Shown here: piece by piece, positions 21,094 through 31,622 of the stretch
How positions within the stretch are numbered: position 1 is the stretch's first letter
Layout of the letters: each line of letters begins with the position of its first letter
NCBI GenBank assembly: GCA_965223665.1
Contig: OZ245011.1
Span: 1,248,001 to 1,312,000 of the forward strand
From: Nitrospinaceae bacterium
Lineage (GTDB): Bacteria > Nitrospinota > Nitrospinia > Nitrospinales > Nitrospinaceae
DNA: 64,000 nucleotides
Direction: 5' to 3'
Made by a program: the position numbers and the translations under genes
Notes under the pieces: generated by a model
What the model was told of the DNA's origin: nothing
Databases searched by the model: none
Seen by the model: only the letters and a program-made list of their open reading frames with translations

Positions 21094-22320
21094 ATGGAAA
21101 CCTTTTTTTATCAAGCGACTGACAAATCGGGGAAATTTGTAGAAGGAGACATACAAGCAGTTGACTTCAAATCCGCAGTACAAAAAGTTCGCCGGCTCAA
21201 CTATTTTCCAATCAAGGTCACGCAGGGAAAACAGCGACCATCAATATCAAAATTATTTCAATTCCCTCTAGCTCAATGGTTCTCACGAATAAAGCACAAG
21301 GAGTTACTTAGCTTTACTCAACAGTTAGCTACTTTAGTAAGTTCAGGGCTAACTTTGGATCGAAGTCTCGGCATTACCGTCCAACTTTCTGAAAGAGAAA
21401 AATGTAAAGAGGTGTTTTCTGATATTCAAAAAAGGGTTCACGCTGGCAGCACTTTTTCTGACGCACTTGCAAGCCATCCCAAGGTATTTTCAAAGTTATA
21501 TGCCAGCATGATTCATGCAGGTGAAATCGGAGGGGTATTGGACACTGTTCTCCATAGATTAGCCGGATTTTTAGAAAATATTGAAGAGATGAAAGGAAAA
21601 GTTATTTCCGCCCTTATTTACCCATTAATTCTTCTTGTTTTTGGTTTGGGGGCATTAGCAGTTTTAACCATATGGGTAATGCCAAAGTTTATGGTAATTT
21701 TTGAAAGCTCCGACAAAGCACTCCCGTTACTAACGCAAATGTTGATCACTTTCACGGAGATCACCAATCGTTTTTGGCCGTTTCTGCTTTTATTTTTAAT
21801 CTCAGCAGTTATTGGATTTCTTTACTTTATAAAAAGTGAGCCAGGACGATACAAATGGGATAGTTTTTTATTAAAAGTTCCCGTATTCAATGATTTAATT
21901 CGTAAAGTGGAGGTTTCAAGGTTCAGTCGGACCATGGCTACATTATTAAACAGCGGGGTTCCCGTCCTGCAAGCTTTGGGCATAGTAAAGACTATCCTCA
22001 CCAATCAGGTCATTTCAAATTCTATGAAAAGCCTACACGATAGCCTAAAAGGAGGTAAAGGTTTTGCTAAACCTCTAGAAAAAATTGGCATTTTTCCACC
22101 AATGGCAATTCATATGATAGTTGTTGGGGAAGAGACGGGAGCAATGGAGGAAATGCTGAATAAAGTTGCCGATACTTTTGACAAAGAAGTGGATACAGCT
22201 CTCAAGCGTGTCGTGGCATTAATTCAACCCCTTATAATTATTTTCTTGGGGATTTTTATAATTTTCATCGTTGCCGGAACTCTATTAGGAATGATGAGTA
22301 TAAGTGATGCGGTAATTTAA
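21094..22320 (+). CDS. gspF: Type II secretion protein GspF
   Basis: FTQQLATL, AGEIGG.L, ALIYP, GEETG. Confidence 0.93.
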   Translation: METFFYQATDKSGKFVEGDIQAVDFKSAVQKVRRLNYFPIKVTQGKQRPSISKLFQFPLAQWFSRIKHKELLSFTQQLATLVSSGLTLDRSLGITVQLSEREKCKEVFSDIQKRVHAGSTFSDALASHPKVFSKLYASMIHAGEIGGVLDTVLHRLAGFLENIEEMKGKVISALIYPLILLVFGLGALAVLTIWVMPKFMVIFESSDKALPLLTQMLITFTEITNRFWPFLLLFLISAVIGFLYFIKSEPGRYKWDSFLLKVPVFNDLIRKVEVSRFSRTMATLLNSGVPVLQALGIVKTILTNQVISNSMKSLHDSLKGGKGFAKPLEKIGIFPPMAIHMIVVGEETGAMEEMLNKVADTFDKEVDTALKRVVALIQPLIIIFLGIFIIFIVAGTLLGMMSISDAVI

Positions 22321-22338
22321 TTTTATTTACTAAAGAGG

Positions 22339-22764
22339 TTGGATGTGATGAGAAATTTCAAAAGGAGAAACAGAGATAAAAAAACTGAAGATGGTTTTAC
22401 ATTAATAGAAATACTCATGGTTATCATTATGATTGGATTGATTGCCGCCTTTGTGGCCCCAAAGTTTTTAGATCAGGTGGATACTGCCAAACAAACAGAT
22501 GCGCAAGCTCAAATTGGAATGCTGGGTCAAGCACTTGATCTTTATCGTCTGGAAAAAGGCAAATACCCTTCTACTTCTGATGGATTGGAAGCTATTCGCC
22601 CTTATTTAAAAAAAGAAATCCCAAAGGATCCCTGGGGAAATCCTTTCCATTATCAATACCCAGGAAATAATGGAGATTATGACCTTGTTTCTTATGGCGC
22701 AGATAATTCTGAGGGTGGGGAAGGCATTGATCAAGACATTGTAAGCTGGAAAAATTTTAAATAA
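22339..22764 (+). CDS. gspG: Major pseudopilin GspG
   Basis: GFTLIE, YRLE.GKYP, PKDPWG, SYGAD. Confidence 0.95.
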   Translation: MDVMRNFKRRNRDKKTEDGFTLIEILMVIIMIGLIAAFVAPKFLDQVDTAKQTDAQAQIGMLGQALDLYRLEKGKYPSTSDGLEAIRPYLKKEIPKDPWGNPFHYQYPGNNGDYDLVSYGADNSEGGEGIDQDIVSWKNFK

Positions 22765-22770
22765 TTTTTC

Positions 22771-23262
22771 ATGAAAATAATTAACGAACGTGGGTTCACC
22801 CTTATTGAAATAATTTTAATAGTTTTGCTGATGGGATTAATTGCCGGATTGGCCATTCCCGTTGTCATGGACACCCTGGACCGGGTACAACGAAATTCTT
22901 CCTTGAGGGAGGTTTCTTCTATTTTAAGAACAGCCAGAGTACGGGCTGTTGCCATTAAAGCTCCTATCTCTTTCAATGGAGACTTTGAAAGCAATGAGTT
23001 TTGGCTGACAAATGTTAGAGAGGAAAAAGACTATAAAATTTTTGAATTAGAGGATGAAATTATTTTCAGTGAATACGATGACGGTGACTCCATTTTAAAT
23101 GAAGGTGTATTTTCGATTCTTTTTTTTCCGCAAGGAAATTCGTCAGGCGGGGAAATCACATTCACACCTCCTGAGTCCGAAGACTCTGAAGATAAAGAAA
23201 GATACTTTATAAATGTGGATCCAATCACGGGAAAACCAAGTATTGAATTTGAAGAAGAGTGA
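22771..23262 (+). CDS. gspH: Minor pseudopilin GspH
   Basis: GFTLIE, AR..A, FFPQG.SSGG; operon position. Confidence 0.85.
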   Translation: MKIINERGFTLIEIILIVLLMGLIAGLAIPVVMDTLDRVQRNSSLREVSSILRTARVRAVAIKAPISFNGDFESNEFWLTNVREEKDYKIFELEDEIIFSEYDDGDSILNEGVFSILFFPQGNSSGGEITFTPPESEDSEDKERYFINVDPITGKPSIEFEEE

Positions 23263-23851
23263 ATTTGGTTTCACACTTCTAGAAATCATAATTGCTTTAA
23301 CTATTTTGGCATTTGGTTTTATTACCGTAATCCAACTGTTTTCAGGAGGGGCTAAACTAGGAATTGCTTCAGATCAATATTTAAAAGGAGTGGCATTAGC
23401 CCATCACAAAATGAGCGAGTTAGAACTTTCCACCATCGAGTTTGATTCTTTGGGAGGAGAATTTGAAAATGAGGAAGGCTATAGCTGGCGATTAGAAGTA
23501 GAGCCTTTTGATGTTCCTCTAAATAATGAGGAAGAAAATATTCAAATGGCTCAGTTAACTTTGGACGTATTTTGGGAGGACGCCGGAGAAGAAAAGTTTA
23601 TTCAAGTGACTACATTAAAAACATTAGGAAATGCCTATCCCGCTACGGACAATTTACTCCGCAGCACTATTAAGGCACAAACTGGAGCTACCGCACCGGT
23701 AGGAACAGGAACTAACACCCCCACCGGACCAGGGGCCGCTCCACCCATTGATGCAGTTCAACCGGACCCAGACGATGTCCAGTTTGATATCAGCGGTTTT
23801 CCCTTGTCGTCAGATGGAGATAATCAAGGTCAAATTGGTGTAGCAAAATAA
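23213..23851 (+). CDS. gspI: Minor pseudopilin GspI with Pro/Thr-rich C-terminal extension (true start probably near 23243-23249)
   Basis: GFTLLEIIIAL, GYSWRLEV, V.W; operon position. Confidence 0.8.
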   Translation: MWIQSRENQVLNLKKSEFGFTLLEIIIALTILAFGFITVIQLFSGGAKLGIASDQYLKGVALAHHKMSELELSTIEFDSLGGEFENEEGYSWRLEVEPFDVPLNNEEENIQMAQLTLDVFWEDAGEEKFIQVTTLKTLGNAYPATDNLLRSTIKAQTGATAPVGTGTNTPTGPGAAPPIDAVQPDPDDVQFDISGFPLSSDGDNQGQIGVAK

Positions 23852-24717
23852 TGAGGCAAATTAAATCACAAAAAGGATTTACCCTTTTAGAACTTCTCAT
23901 TTCATTAATGATTTTCACTTTGGTGATAATGGTAACCATGCAAGTTATTAGATTGGCGGTAACTTCTCGCGAAATTTCTGATAAGAAATTAGATACACTA
24001 CAAAGATTGCGTTTTATTAACGAGCAACTTAATTCAAAAATCCGGTCCATTCATCCTTTATTTATCCCAAAACCCGGCAAAGAGGATCTTATAAATCGAA
24101 AAAAACCAAAATCAAGTGCAAAAATATTAGCATTTCAGGGTAAATCAGATTCTATTAAATTTATTACTTTCGCCGAGAAATTGGACTCTATAAATCAAGG
24201 CCCACAGATTCATGAAGTTCAAATTTATCTGGGAACCCATCCCGAGACAGATGAAGAAGGAATTTTAATGCTGGAAAGGGAAATCACATCATTTGAAGAT
24301 ATCTTTAAGGATGACTCTGAAAATAATGAAGGAAATCTTTTATTATTAGCTGATGAAGTAGACCACTTAGAATTTAAATTTTATCAAGTAAATGTAGAAG
24401 AAAACCTGACACCGGATGATTCCGGAAAAATTCAATCCTTAGAATATAAAGGAGAATGGGTCGATACCATTAACCAGGAAGTATTTGGTCTTATTGACAC
24501 ATCTCAGGCAGATTCTTTAAGAGACAGAGATAATGACGATGAACCCATCAATTTACCAAGAGCTATTGAATTTTCTCTTGGGATATTTACGGATTCTTTT
24601 GATGAGGAAAATGGGGAGCGAGAATTAATTACTTTGCCTCCAACCATAATTCCCATTCATTCTGGAATGGTTTTTGAGCGGACAATACTAGAAGATGGAC
24701 TGGAACAACCAACTTAA
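23851..24717 (+). CDS. gspJ: Minor pseudopilin GspJ
   Basis: GFTLLELLISL, C-terminal LPRAIE; operon position. Confidence 0.8.
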   Translation: MRQIKSQKGFTLLELLISLMIFTLVIMVTMQVIRLAVTSREISDKKLDTLQRLRFINEQLNSKIRSIHPLFIPKPGKEDLINRKKPKSSAKILAFQGKSDSIKFITFAEKLDSINQGPQIHEVQIYLGTHPETDEEGILMLEREITSFEDIFKDDSENNEGNLLLLADEVDHLEFKFYQVNVEENLTPDDSGKIQSLEYKGEWVDTINQEVFGLIDTSQADSLRDRDNDDEPINLPRAIEFSLGIFTDSFDEENGERELITLPPTIIPIHSGMVFERTILEDGLEQPT

Positions 24718-25876
24718 AAAAAACCAAGGCGGGTTTGCAATGCTTCTTGTTCTTTGGGCAATGGTGTTATTGATTGCTCTAGGGACGGATTTTGCCTTCT
24801 CTATGCGCACTGAGGTTAATTCTACACGTAACTACAAAGAAGATGTGCAAGCCTATTATTTGGCAAAATCAGGTATCCAATTAGCAATGGCAGAAATACT
24901 TCAAAAAGTAAAATATCACTCCAGGACTGAAGAAACAGGTTACATTTTTGGGAAAGACGTCGATACTAATGATGAGGACAATAATAATCTCTTTTCAAAT
25001 GACCTCAATTCCAATAACAAAAAGGAGGAAGAGGACGAAAATAGCCTTATTTCAAAAGGGTTTAGTTTGAAAAACCAGAAAAAAGAAAAAAAAAGTAATT
25101 CTTTTTTTCAGGATTTAATTTTTGGAAAAGAAGAAAACGAGGAAGAATCCTCAGAATCCTGGAGTCGAACAGAAATCGAATTAGGTGACGGCACGGTTAA
25201 TTATTCAATAAGTGACGAAAACGGAAAAATTAATATTAACACCGCATCACGGGAAATTCTGGTTCGGGCACTTCAGGCTAATGGGATTGAATTAGGAAAT
25301 GACCGAGATGAAATCGCTGACTCTATATTGGATTGGATTGATGCAGATGATAATCACCGGTTGAATGGTGTTGAGAGCAATTACTATGAGGGATTGAATC
25401 CACCCTATAAAGCTAAAAATGCGCCATTAGATAGCATTGACGAATTATTGAAAATTCGTGGAATTACTAAGGAACTTGTTTATGGAAGTCCAGATTACGA
25501 AGAATTCGAATCTGAAAATGAAAACTCTGAAAGCAATGATGACAAAGAGAATGATTTTTTAGAAACCGATTCAAAACCTGGGTTGGCAAGAATCTTTACC
25601 GTTCAAAACGTTCCCTTGTTCAACTCAAATACAGCAACGAAGGCTGCATTATCGGTAATTTATACCAGTCAACAAATTGAGGATATTCAATCATCCATTT
25701 CAGATAAAGGTTTTTATAATGAATCGCAATCCACTCATTTCAAAGTCGTCAGCACAGGAAAATTAGATGACAGTGAAACTCAACATACTATTGTCGCGAT
25801 TATTGAAAAATTAGGTGTTGATGATAAAGCTACCTTAATCATTCGATATTGGAAGGACAATGCATTTTTAGAATGA
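24695..25876 (+). CDS. gspK: Minor pseudopilin GspK
   Basis: GFAMLLVLW (no E5), DENGKININ, ILDWIDAD, ELLKIRGI. Confidence 0.9.
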   Translation: MDWNNQLKKNQGGFAMLLVLWAMVLLIALGTDFAFSMRTEVNSTRNYKEDVQAYYLAKSGIQLAMAEILQKVKYHSRTEETGYIFGKDVDTNDEDNNNLFSNDLNSNNKKEEEDENSLISKGFSLKNQKKEKKSNSFFQDLIFGKEENEEESSESWSRTEIELGDGTVNYSISDENGKININTASREILVRALQANGIELGNDRDEIADSILDWIDADDNHRLNGVESNYYEGLNPPYKAKNAPLDSIDELLKIRGITKELVYGSPDYEEFESENENSESNDDKENDFLETDSKPGLARIFTVQNVPLFNSNTATKAALSVIYTSQQIEDIQSSISDKGFYNESQSTHFKVVSTGKLDDSETQHTIVAIIEKLGVDDKATLIIRYWKDNAFLE

Positions 25877-27348
25877 GTATTTTTGTAGAAAAATCTTTAG
25901 GAATCGACTTTAGAGAAAATCACGTTTCTCTTATTCTACTCGGCAAGAAATTCAAATCTGTCGATATATTGGGTTCTCGTGTTTTTAATATTGATTCCCA
26001 ACAGGGGGCGGAAGCATTCGAGCAAACATTTATTAATGAAGTAAGTAACTTTCTAGTGAGCCTTGATGCTCAACCTGATGCAGTCACTCTCAGCTTACCG
26101 CGTGGATCCATTACCCTACAATCTTTCACACTACCTGCACCCGATTTGAAGTCAGTGGAATCAATGATTGAATTTGAATTAGATCGGCATTTTTCTTCCT
26201 CATTAGATGAATTAAACTTTTCGTATCACATCAAGAAAAAAGAAGAGAATAATTTTCACGTTATTGCTGCTGCCACCAAAAAAGAAACTTTAAAATATTA
26301 CGTTTGGTTACTGGGGCAGTTAAATCTGGAACCAGCCACTATTGATATTTCCACTTTTGGAAATATCAATATCATCTACGATAAAGATTATAAAATCCCT
26401 TCAGTAGAAGCTATGGTCGACATTTCCCCCGGAGCAATTGATGTAACCATAATGAAAAATGGATTAATGGAAATTTCAAGAAATGTTCCCTTGGAAGACT
26501 CAGAAATTAAATCTGTATATTATGAAGAAAACCTTCCAGAAACTATTTGTGAAAATGCTTCTCAAAGAATATCCAAAGAAGTTTTAAAAGCTTTACAGGA
26601 TACACTAAATGCATGCAGTGCAATAAACCCGGAAGATGAAGTAAAAAAAATTCATGTTTTTGGAGGAGGAAACTTCACAACCAACCTGGTCAACCAAATA
26701 GAAGTTTCCACTGAAGTCCCCACCGAAGCTGCGCTACCGATTTCATTTATTCAACAAGAATTGCCATTATATTTTGATCCTGGTTATATGATGACCGCAT
26801 TGGGTTTGGCCTTAAGGGGTCTTCAAAGCAATTCTTTCGAATTCAACTTAAAACCATTGGCTCCAGAAGAATTAAAAAAGCGGTCCTGGGCAATTCGAAA
26901 AACCGCCATGCTTGCAACCTTATCAGTTGTTTTAATTTTCGTTTGGATTGCCAGTAAATTCATTCATAACGATCTCATATTAGATTCACTGGACGGACAA
27001 CTTAAGGAAGTAAAAAGTCAAGTGGGCGCCTTAGAAAGAGTAGACAGAGAATTCACCACCCTGAGCCGCCATATAAATTCTCTAAATACCATCGACCAGA
27101 AAGCACCATTAAAAATGCCTGTTCTCAAAGAATTAACAAATTTATTGCCCAGAGACACTTGGCTCACTCGGATTTCAGTCACTAAAAATAAATTGGAGAT
27201 CCAGGGATATTCTAGTTCTGCATCAAAATTAATTTCATTACTTGAGAACTCCAATTATTTCAAAAACAGCTCATTTAAAGGATCAATCGTCAAAGAAGCA
27301 CGAGGAGAGCGGTTTACAATTCGATCAGAATTGGAGGCCATAAGATGA
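25873..27348 (+). CDS. gspL: GspL-like (PilM/PilN-type) protein
   Basis: LGID actin-like N-terminus, ALGLALRG, FNL, TM, LTNLLPRDTWL..I.G PilN domain; ATGA overlap with gspK. Confidence 0.75.
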   Translation: MSIFVEKSLGIDFRENHVSLILLGKKFKSVDILGSRVFNIDSQQGAEAFEQTFINEVSNFLVSLDAQPDAVTLSLPRGSITLQSFTLPAPDLKSVESMIEFELDRHFSSSLDELNFSYHIKKKEENNFHVIAAATKKETLKYYVWLLGQLNLEPATIDISTFGNINIIYDKDYKIPSVEAMVDISPGAIDVTIMKNGLMEISRNVPLEDSEIKSVYYEENLPETICENASQRISKEVLKALQDTLNACSAINPEDEVKKIHVFGGGNFTTNLVNQIEVSTEVPTEAALPISFIQQELPLYFDPGYMMTALGLALRGLQSNSFEFNLKPLAPEELKKRSWAIRKTAMLATLSVVLIFVWIASKFIHNDLILDSLDGQLKEVKSQVGALERVDREFTTLSRHINSLNTIDQKAPLKMPVLKELTNLLPRDTWLTRISVTKNKLEIQGYSSSASKLISLLENSNYFKNSSFKGSIVKEARGERFTIRSELEAIR

Positions 27349-27926
27349 TTAAGAATTTAACCGCTCGCGAAAAAAAAATTGGAGTGATCACAGGAGTTTT
27401 AATTATTGTTTTTATAATTTATTCATTAATAATTTCTCCTCTTTATCAAAAACAGAAGAAAGCAGACCAAGAAATTCAAAGTAAAATTTTATTTATCAAC
27501 AAATACTACGCCATATTAAACCAAAAAGAATATTACCAAAACAAAGGCGTAACCAATAAACAACTTGAAGGCGAGTTAGCCCAAAGATTTCTTAGTCCAT
27601 CGCAACCATCACTTGCGGCGGCAAGCTTACAAAAAATCGTCGAAAATCATGCCAAAGGAAATGCAGTAAATGTCATTCAAGTTAAAATTGAAAAACCAAA
27701 ATATGAAGAAGGACTCTTAAGCATTCCTATACGTATTGTCCTAAGGTCAGATTTGCGAAATTTAACGCAATTTTTATTTCAGGTAGAAAACAGTTCAAAG
27801 TTTTTAGTAATTGAGGAAATGGTAATCCGGAGAGTAAATCGAAGCGAACCTGAGTTTTTGGAAACTCGGCTGCTAGTGAGCGGATTTGTCCAAGAACCCC
27901 AATCGGGAAAAAATAAAAAGATATGA
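27345..27926 (+). CDS. gspM: GspM/PilO-like protein
   Basis: LTAREK followed by TM; L..FL..VE...FLVIE. Confidence 0.75.
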   Translation: MIKNLTAREKKIGVITGVLIIVFIIYSLIISPLYQKQKKADQEIQSKILFINKYYAILNQKEYYQNKGVTNKQLEGELAQRFLSPSQPSLAAASLQKIVENHAKGNAVNVIQVKIEKPKYEEGLLSIPIRIVLRSDLRNLTQFLFQVENSSKFLVIEEMVIRRVNRSEPEFLETRLLVSGFVQEPQSGKNKKI

Positions 27927-30421
27927 AAAACATAAAATTATTTTTAATTATTTGGTTGGCCTTCTTGGCCTTTTATGGATGCTCAAAAAAATCAGCCATT
28001 GAACAACTTAACTATAGGAATAATGATCCTGTAGAAGCAATGCGTTTACCGCCGAAAGATGGGGTCATAATTTCTTCTGAGCAATCCACAACCAAAAAAC
28101 CGTCTGAACCTTCTCCTGAAGACATTGATCTCTCCCGGATTAAAGACTTGCAAAAAGGTCCCTTACAAAAGTTTGTTACTATCAAAGAAGACAATGTTTC
28201 TTTGCTAAAAGGACCAGGCGTTAAATTTCAAACCCTGGGTTCTGTCAATAAAGGAGAAAAGTTTAAAGTCCTTAGAGTCATTCCGAGCACTGAGAGCGAA
28301 CCCATCTGGTACCTGGTGGAATATCCCAAAATAGGCAAAGTATTTATTTCTAGTTTAAAGACCGAACTTTCGGAAGAGAAAGTCAAAGCCCCGCGTAAAG
28401 TCAGTTTAAAGGAAGGAAAAAAAATCTCTTCTTCTAAAGTAAGAAGTGTATTGAGAACAGAACCAAAACTACCCAAAGAATTAAAAAGCGCAAAACATAT
28501 TACTCTAAACTTTGAAGGAACTGATATTTATGACATCATCACTACCTTCTGTGATCTTTTAAAAATAAATTATATTATTGAAGGGGATATCTCAGGGAAA
28601 GTTACTCTTCAAACTTTTAGCAAAATTCCTGCAAAAGATTTATATTCTGTTTTCGAGCAAATCTTAGCTGTCAACAATATTACAGTAACCCGGAGCGGTG
28701 AATTCTATCGTTTCCTTCCGATTAAAGAAGCAGCACGGAAACCTTTAAGCTTATATTATGGAAACGATTCTAAAATTCCGTATAAAGACAGATTAATTAT
28801 TCAAATCATCCCCTTGAAGCATTTAACGCCTCCAGCAATGAAGAAAGTAATATCTCCTATTCTTTCTCCCAATGCACAATTGATCGATGTACCAGAGACC
28901 AACAATTTAATTCTAATCGAATTAGGGACAAATATCCGGCGGATCAGTAAGGTTATAAAAGCCTTGGATGTCGACAAACTGGCTTCATCAGACATCCACT
29001 TATTTAAAATTGCACATTCTGATTCAGATGAAGTAGTAGATGAACTCAATGAAATTTTTACTTCCATTGGATATGGGGCAGCTTTGGAAAAGTCTTTAAC
29101 TTTTCTTTCGGTTAAACGACTAAATTCAATTTTAGTTGTCAGTTCTTTACCAGATATCCATGGCGTTGTAGACTTTTGGATTCAAAAGCTGGATCAACCC
29201 GCTTCCAGCGGATCGTTAAGTACTTTCGTTTACTATATTCAAAACGCGGAGGCCGACAAATTATCAACCATACTTACTTCAATTTTTGACACTAAAAAAT
29301 CTAAAAAAACTGATACCCGATCCAAAAGAAAGTCCAGATCCTCAAAAAACAAAAAGAAAGATGACAAAAAGAAACGGACTAGAGACCGGGATAACGATCG
29401 CAATGTAAATGTTAAAGGCAGTATCAACACAGACTTTGAGGGAGAAATCCATATAATCCCAGATCAAGATACCAATTCTCTTGTAATCAGAACTTTATCC
29501 AGAAATTATCCAGCAATCCTGGAATTAATTAAAAAACTGGATTTACTACCTCAACAAGTTCTTATAGAAGTTCTAATACTCGATTTAACTTTGGATGAAG
29601 AAACACGGTTAGGAATAGAATGGGCTTTAAAAGGAACAGTGGGAGATGATGGTATTAATGGCGGAGATAAAATAATTGGTGGCGGAAGTGGATCGGCAGC
29701 TGTACCCACTCTTGGTTCCCAAATCGGTGATACTGCTACCTCACTCTTTGCGCCAGGCGCCAGTTTCTTTGTTCAAAGAAAAGATAAACTCATTGCTCTT
29801 CTTCAGGCTTTTTCTTCTGATTCCAAAATAAATATCATTGCAAACCCCATTTTGGTCACCTCTGATAACAAAGAAGCAAATATTTCCATCACAGACGATA
29901 TTCCAATTCAGAGTTCTACTATTAGCACTCCCACAGCTGGACAACCTTTAACTCAAACAAGCATTGAGTTCCGAGATGTCGGAATCAAGCTGGGTATTCT
30001 TCCTAAAATAAATAGAGACAATTTTGTTAATTTAAAAATAGACCAGGAAATCAGTGATCAAGGTCCTATTATTCAAAATACTCCCTCATTCATTACAAGA
30101 ACCGTTAAGACTGAAGTGGTCCTTAAGGATAATGAAATTTTAGTGATGGGTGGACTTATGAGAACAAACTCAACTGAAACCATAAGCGGGGTTCCATTTC
30201 TTAAAGATATTCCCTGGCTTGGCAAACTGTTTAGCACTACGAATGTAGATACAAGGAAAACTGAATTAATGTTATTTATCACACCCCATATAATTTCAAA
30301 TACTGATGATCAAAAATTCGTTACTGACCAATTCAAAAGAAAATTGAGCAACCTCTCAGAAGTAGTAAAACCTACTGCCTTCCACGAAGATGTGCCGAAC
30401 TACAGAAATTCTAACAATTGA
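27923..30421 (+). CDS. gspD: Type II secretion secretin GspD with lipoprotein signal and SH3-like domain
   Basis: FYGC lipobox, ITLNFE.TDI, QVLIEV, P.L.DIPWLG.LF, ELMLFITPHII. Confidence 0.93.
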   Translation: MKNIKLFLIIWLAFLAFYGCSKKSAIEQLNYRNNDPVEAMRLPPKDGVIISSEQSTTKKPSEPSPEDIDLSRIKDLQKGPLQKFVTIKEDNVSLLKGPGVKFQTLGSVNKGEKFKVLRVIPSTESEPIWYLVEYPKIGKVFISSLKTELSEEKVKAPRKVSLKEGKKISSSKVRSVLRTEPKLPKELKSAKHITLNFEGTDIYDIITTFCDLLKINYIIEGDISGKVTLQTFSKIPAKDLYSVFEQILAVNNITVTRSGEFYRFLPIKEAARKPLSLYYGNDSKIPYKDRLIIQIIPLKHLTPPAMKKVISPILSPNAQLIDVPETNNLILIELGTNIRRISKVIKALDVDKLASSDIHLFKIAHSDSDEVVDELNEIFTSIGYGAALEKSLTFLSVKRLNSILVVSSLPDIHGVVDFWIQKLDQPASSGSLSTFVYYIQNAEADKLSTILTSIFDTKKSKKTDTRSKRKSRSSKNKKKDDKKKRTRDRDNDRNVNVKGSINTDFEGEIHIIPDQDTNSLVIRTLSRNYPAILELIKKLDLLPQQVLIEVLILDLTLDEETRLGIEWALKGTVGDDGINGGDKIIGGGSGSAAVPTLGSQIGDTATSLFAPGASFFVQRKDKLIALLQAFSSDSKINIIANPILVTSDNKEANISITDDIPIQSSTISTPTAGQPLTQTSIEFRDVGIKLGILPKINRDNFVNLKIDQEISDQGPIIQNTPSFITRTVKTEVVLKDNEILVMGGLMRTNSTETISGVPFLKDIPWLGKLFSTTNVDTRKTELMLFITPHIISNTDDQKFVTDQFKRKLSNLSEVVKPTAFHEDVPNYRNSNN

Positions 30422-30554
30422 ATTTCTTCAAAAAATTAGGGGAAATCATTATTTTTTAGGGGGTTAACCGGGTGATCCTTCCCAGAACCATGATATAATG
30501 CCCCCATCTTTTTTATCCTAGAAAAAAGATTTTATTGATAGACTGGGGTGGTTA

Positions 30555-30582
30555 TTGACTTAACCAACGGTTTCCGTATAAT
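30555..30582 (+). promoter_or_regulatory. Putative sigma70 promoter of the sulfur operon
   Basis: TTGACT-N16-TATAAT. Confidence 0.6.
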
Positions 30583-30631
30583 TTTCCATTTAATTTAAAG
30601 TCACCCACGCATTTTAGGGCTATAAATCCTT

Positions 30632-31567
30632 ATGTTAGAAAAGTTTAAATGCAAATCAGATAACAGCTTAGAACTGATTGGGGGAACCCCATTGGTAAAA
30701 ATTAATAAGGTGACTCCACCGGATGGAGCCCAAATTTTTGCCAAGCTGGAATCTAACAATCCGGGTGGTAGTGTGAAAGACCGCATTGCTTTGTCAATGA
30801 TAGAAGACGCAGAACGAAGTGGGAAAATTAAGCCCGGTGCCACCATCGTTGAACCTACCAGTGGTAACACAGGGATAGGTTTGGCTCTGGTTGGGGCAGT
30901 CAAAGGTTATAACGTAACTCTTGTGATGTCTGAAAATATGAGTATGGAGCGCCGAGCCATTTTAGAAAGCTATGGAGCAAAACTTGAGCTCAGTCGGGCA
31001 GAATTCGGAATGCAGGGAACTATCGAACGTGCAGAGGAACTCGTTGCGCAAAACTCAGATTATTTTATGCCTCAGCAATTTAATAACTCAGCAAATCCAG
31101 AAATTCACCGGCAAACTACCGGACCAGAAATCATTTCTGCTATGGAGGGAGAAGCCGTAGATGCATTTGTGGCAGGAATAGGTACTGGAGGAACCATTAC
31201 GGGCACAGGGGAAGTTTTAAAACAACATTTTGGATTTACTAAAGTCGTGGGTGTTGAGCCTGCCACTTCTGCAGTTTTATCCGGACAACCCGCAGGTCCT
31301 CATAAAATACAGGGTATTGGAGCTGGTTTCCAACCTAAGGTTTTGAATATGTCTATATTAGACGATATCCTTCCCGTCACTGATGAAGATTCTTACGAAT
31401 ATACGCAAAGGTTGGCTAAAGAAGAAGGATTACTTGTGGGTATTTCATCGGGAGCAGCCCTTTATGCCGCCTACCAAGTTGCAAAGGACTTAGGGGCGGG
31501 GAAAAATGTGGTGGTGATCCTTCCTGACACAGGAGAACGATATTTTAGTTTTTATCAATATTTTTAA
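30632..31567 (+). CDS. cysK: Cysteine synthase A
   Basis: NPGGSVKDR, EPTSGNTG, GIGTGGT, HKIQGIGAG, PDTGERY. Confidence 0.93.
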   Translation: MLEKFKCKSDNSLELIGGTPLVKINKVTPPDGAQIFAKLESNNPGGSVKDRIALSMIEDAERSGKIKPGATIVEPTSGNTGIGLALVGAVKGYNVTLVMSENMSMERRAILESYGAKLELSRAEFGMQGTIERAEELVAQNSDYFMPQQFNNSANPEIHRQTTGPEIISAMEGEAVDAFVAGIGTGGTITGTGEVLKQHFGFTKVVGVEPATSAVLSGQPAGPHKIQGIGAGFQPKVLNMSILDDILPVTDEDSYEYTQRLAKEEGLLVGISSGAALYAAYQVAKDLGAGKNVVVILPDTGERYFSFYQYF

Positions 31568-31622
31568 TTTTTTTTCGATTTAATCGAATTAGTTTTTATA
31601 AAAATTTTACCAGGATAGTTAC

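Noticed and set aside
18569-30421. Type IV pilus or competence locus
   Set aside because: GspG, GspK and GspD signatures and absence of PilT indicate a T2SS
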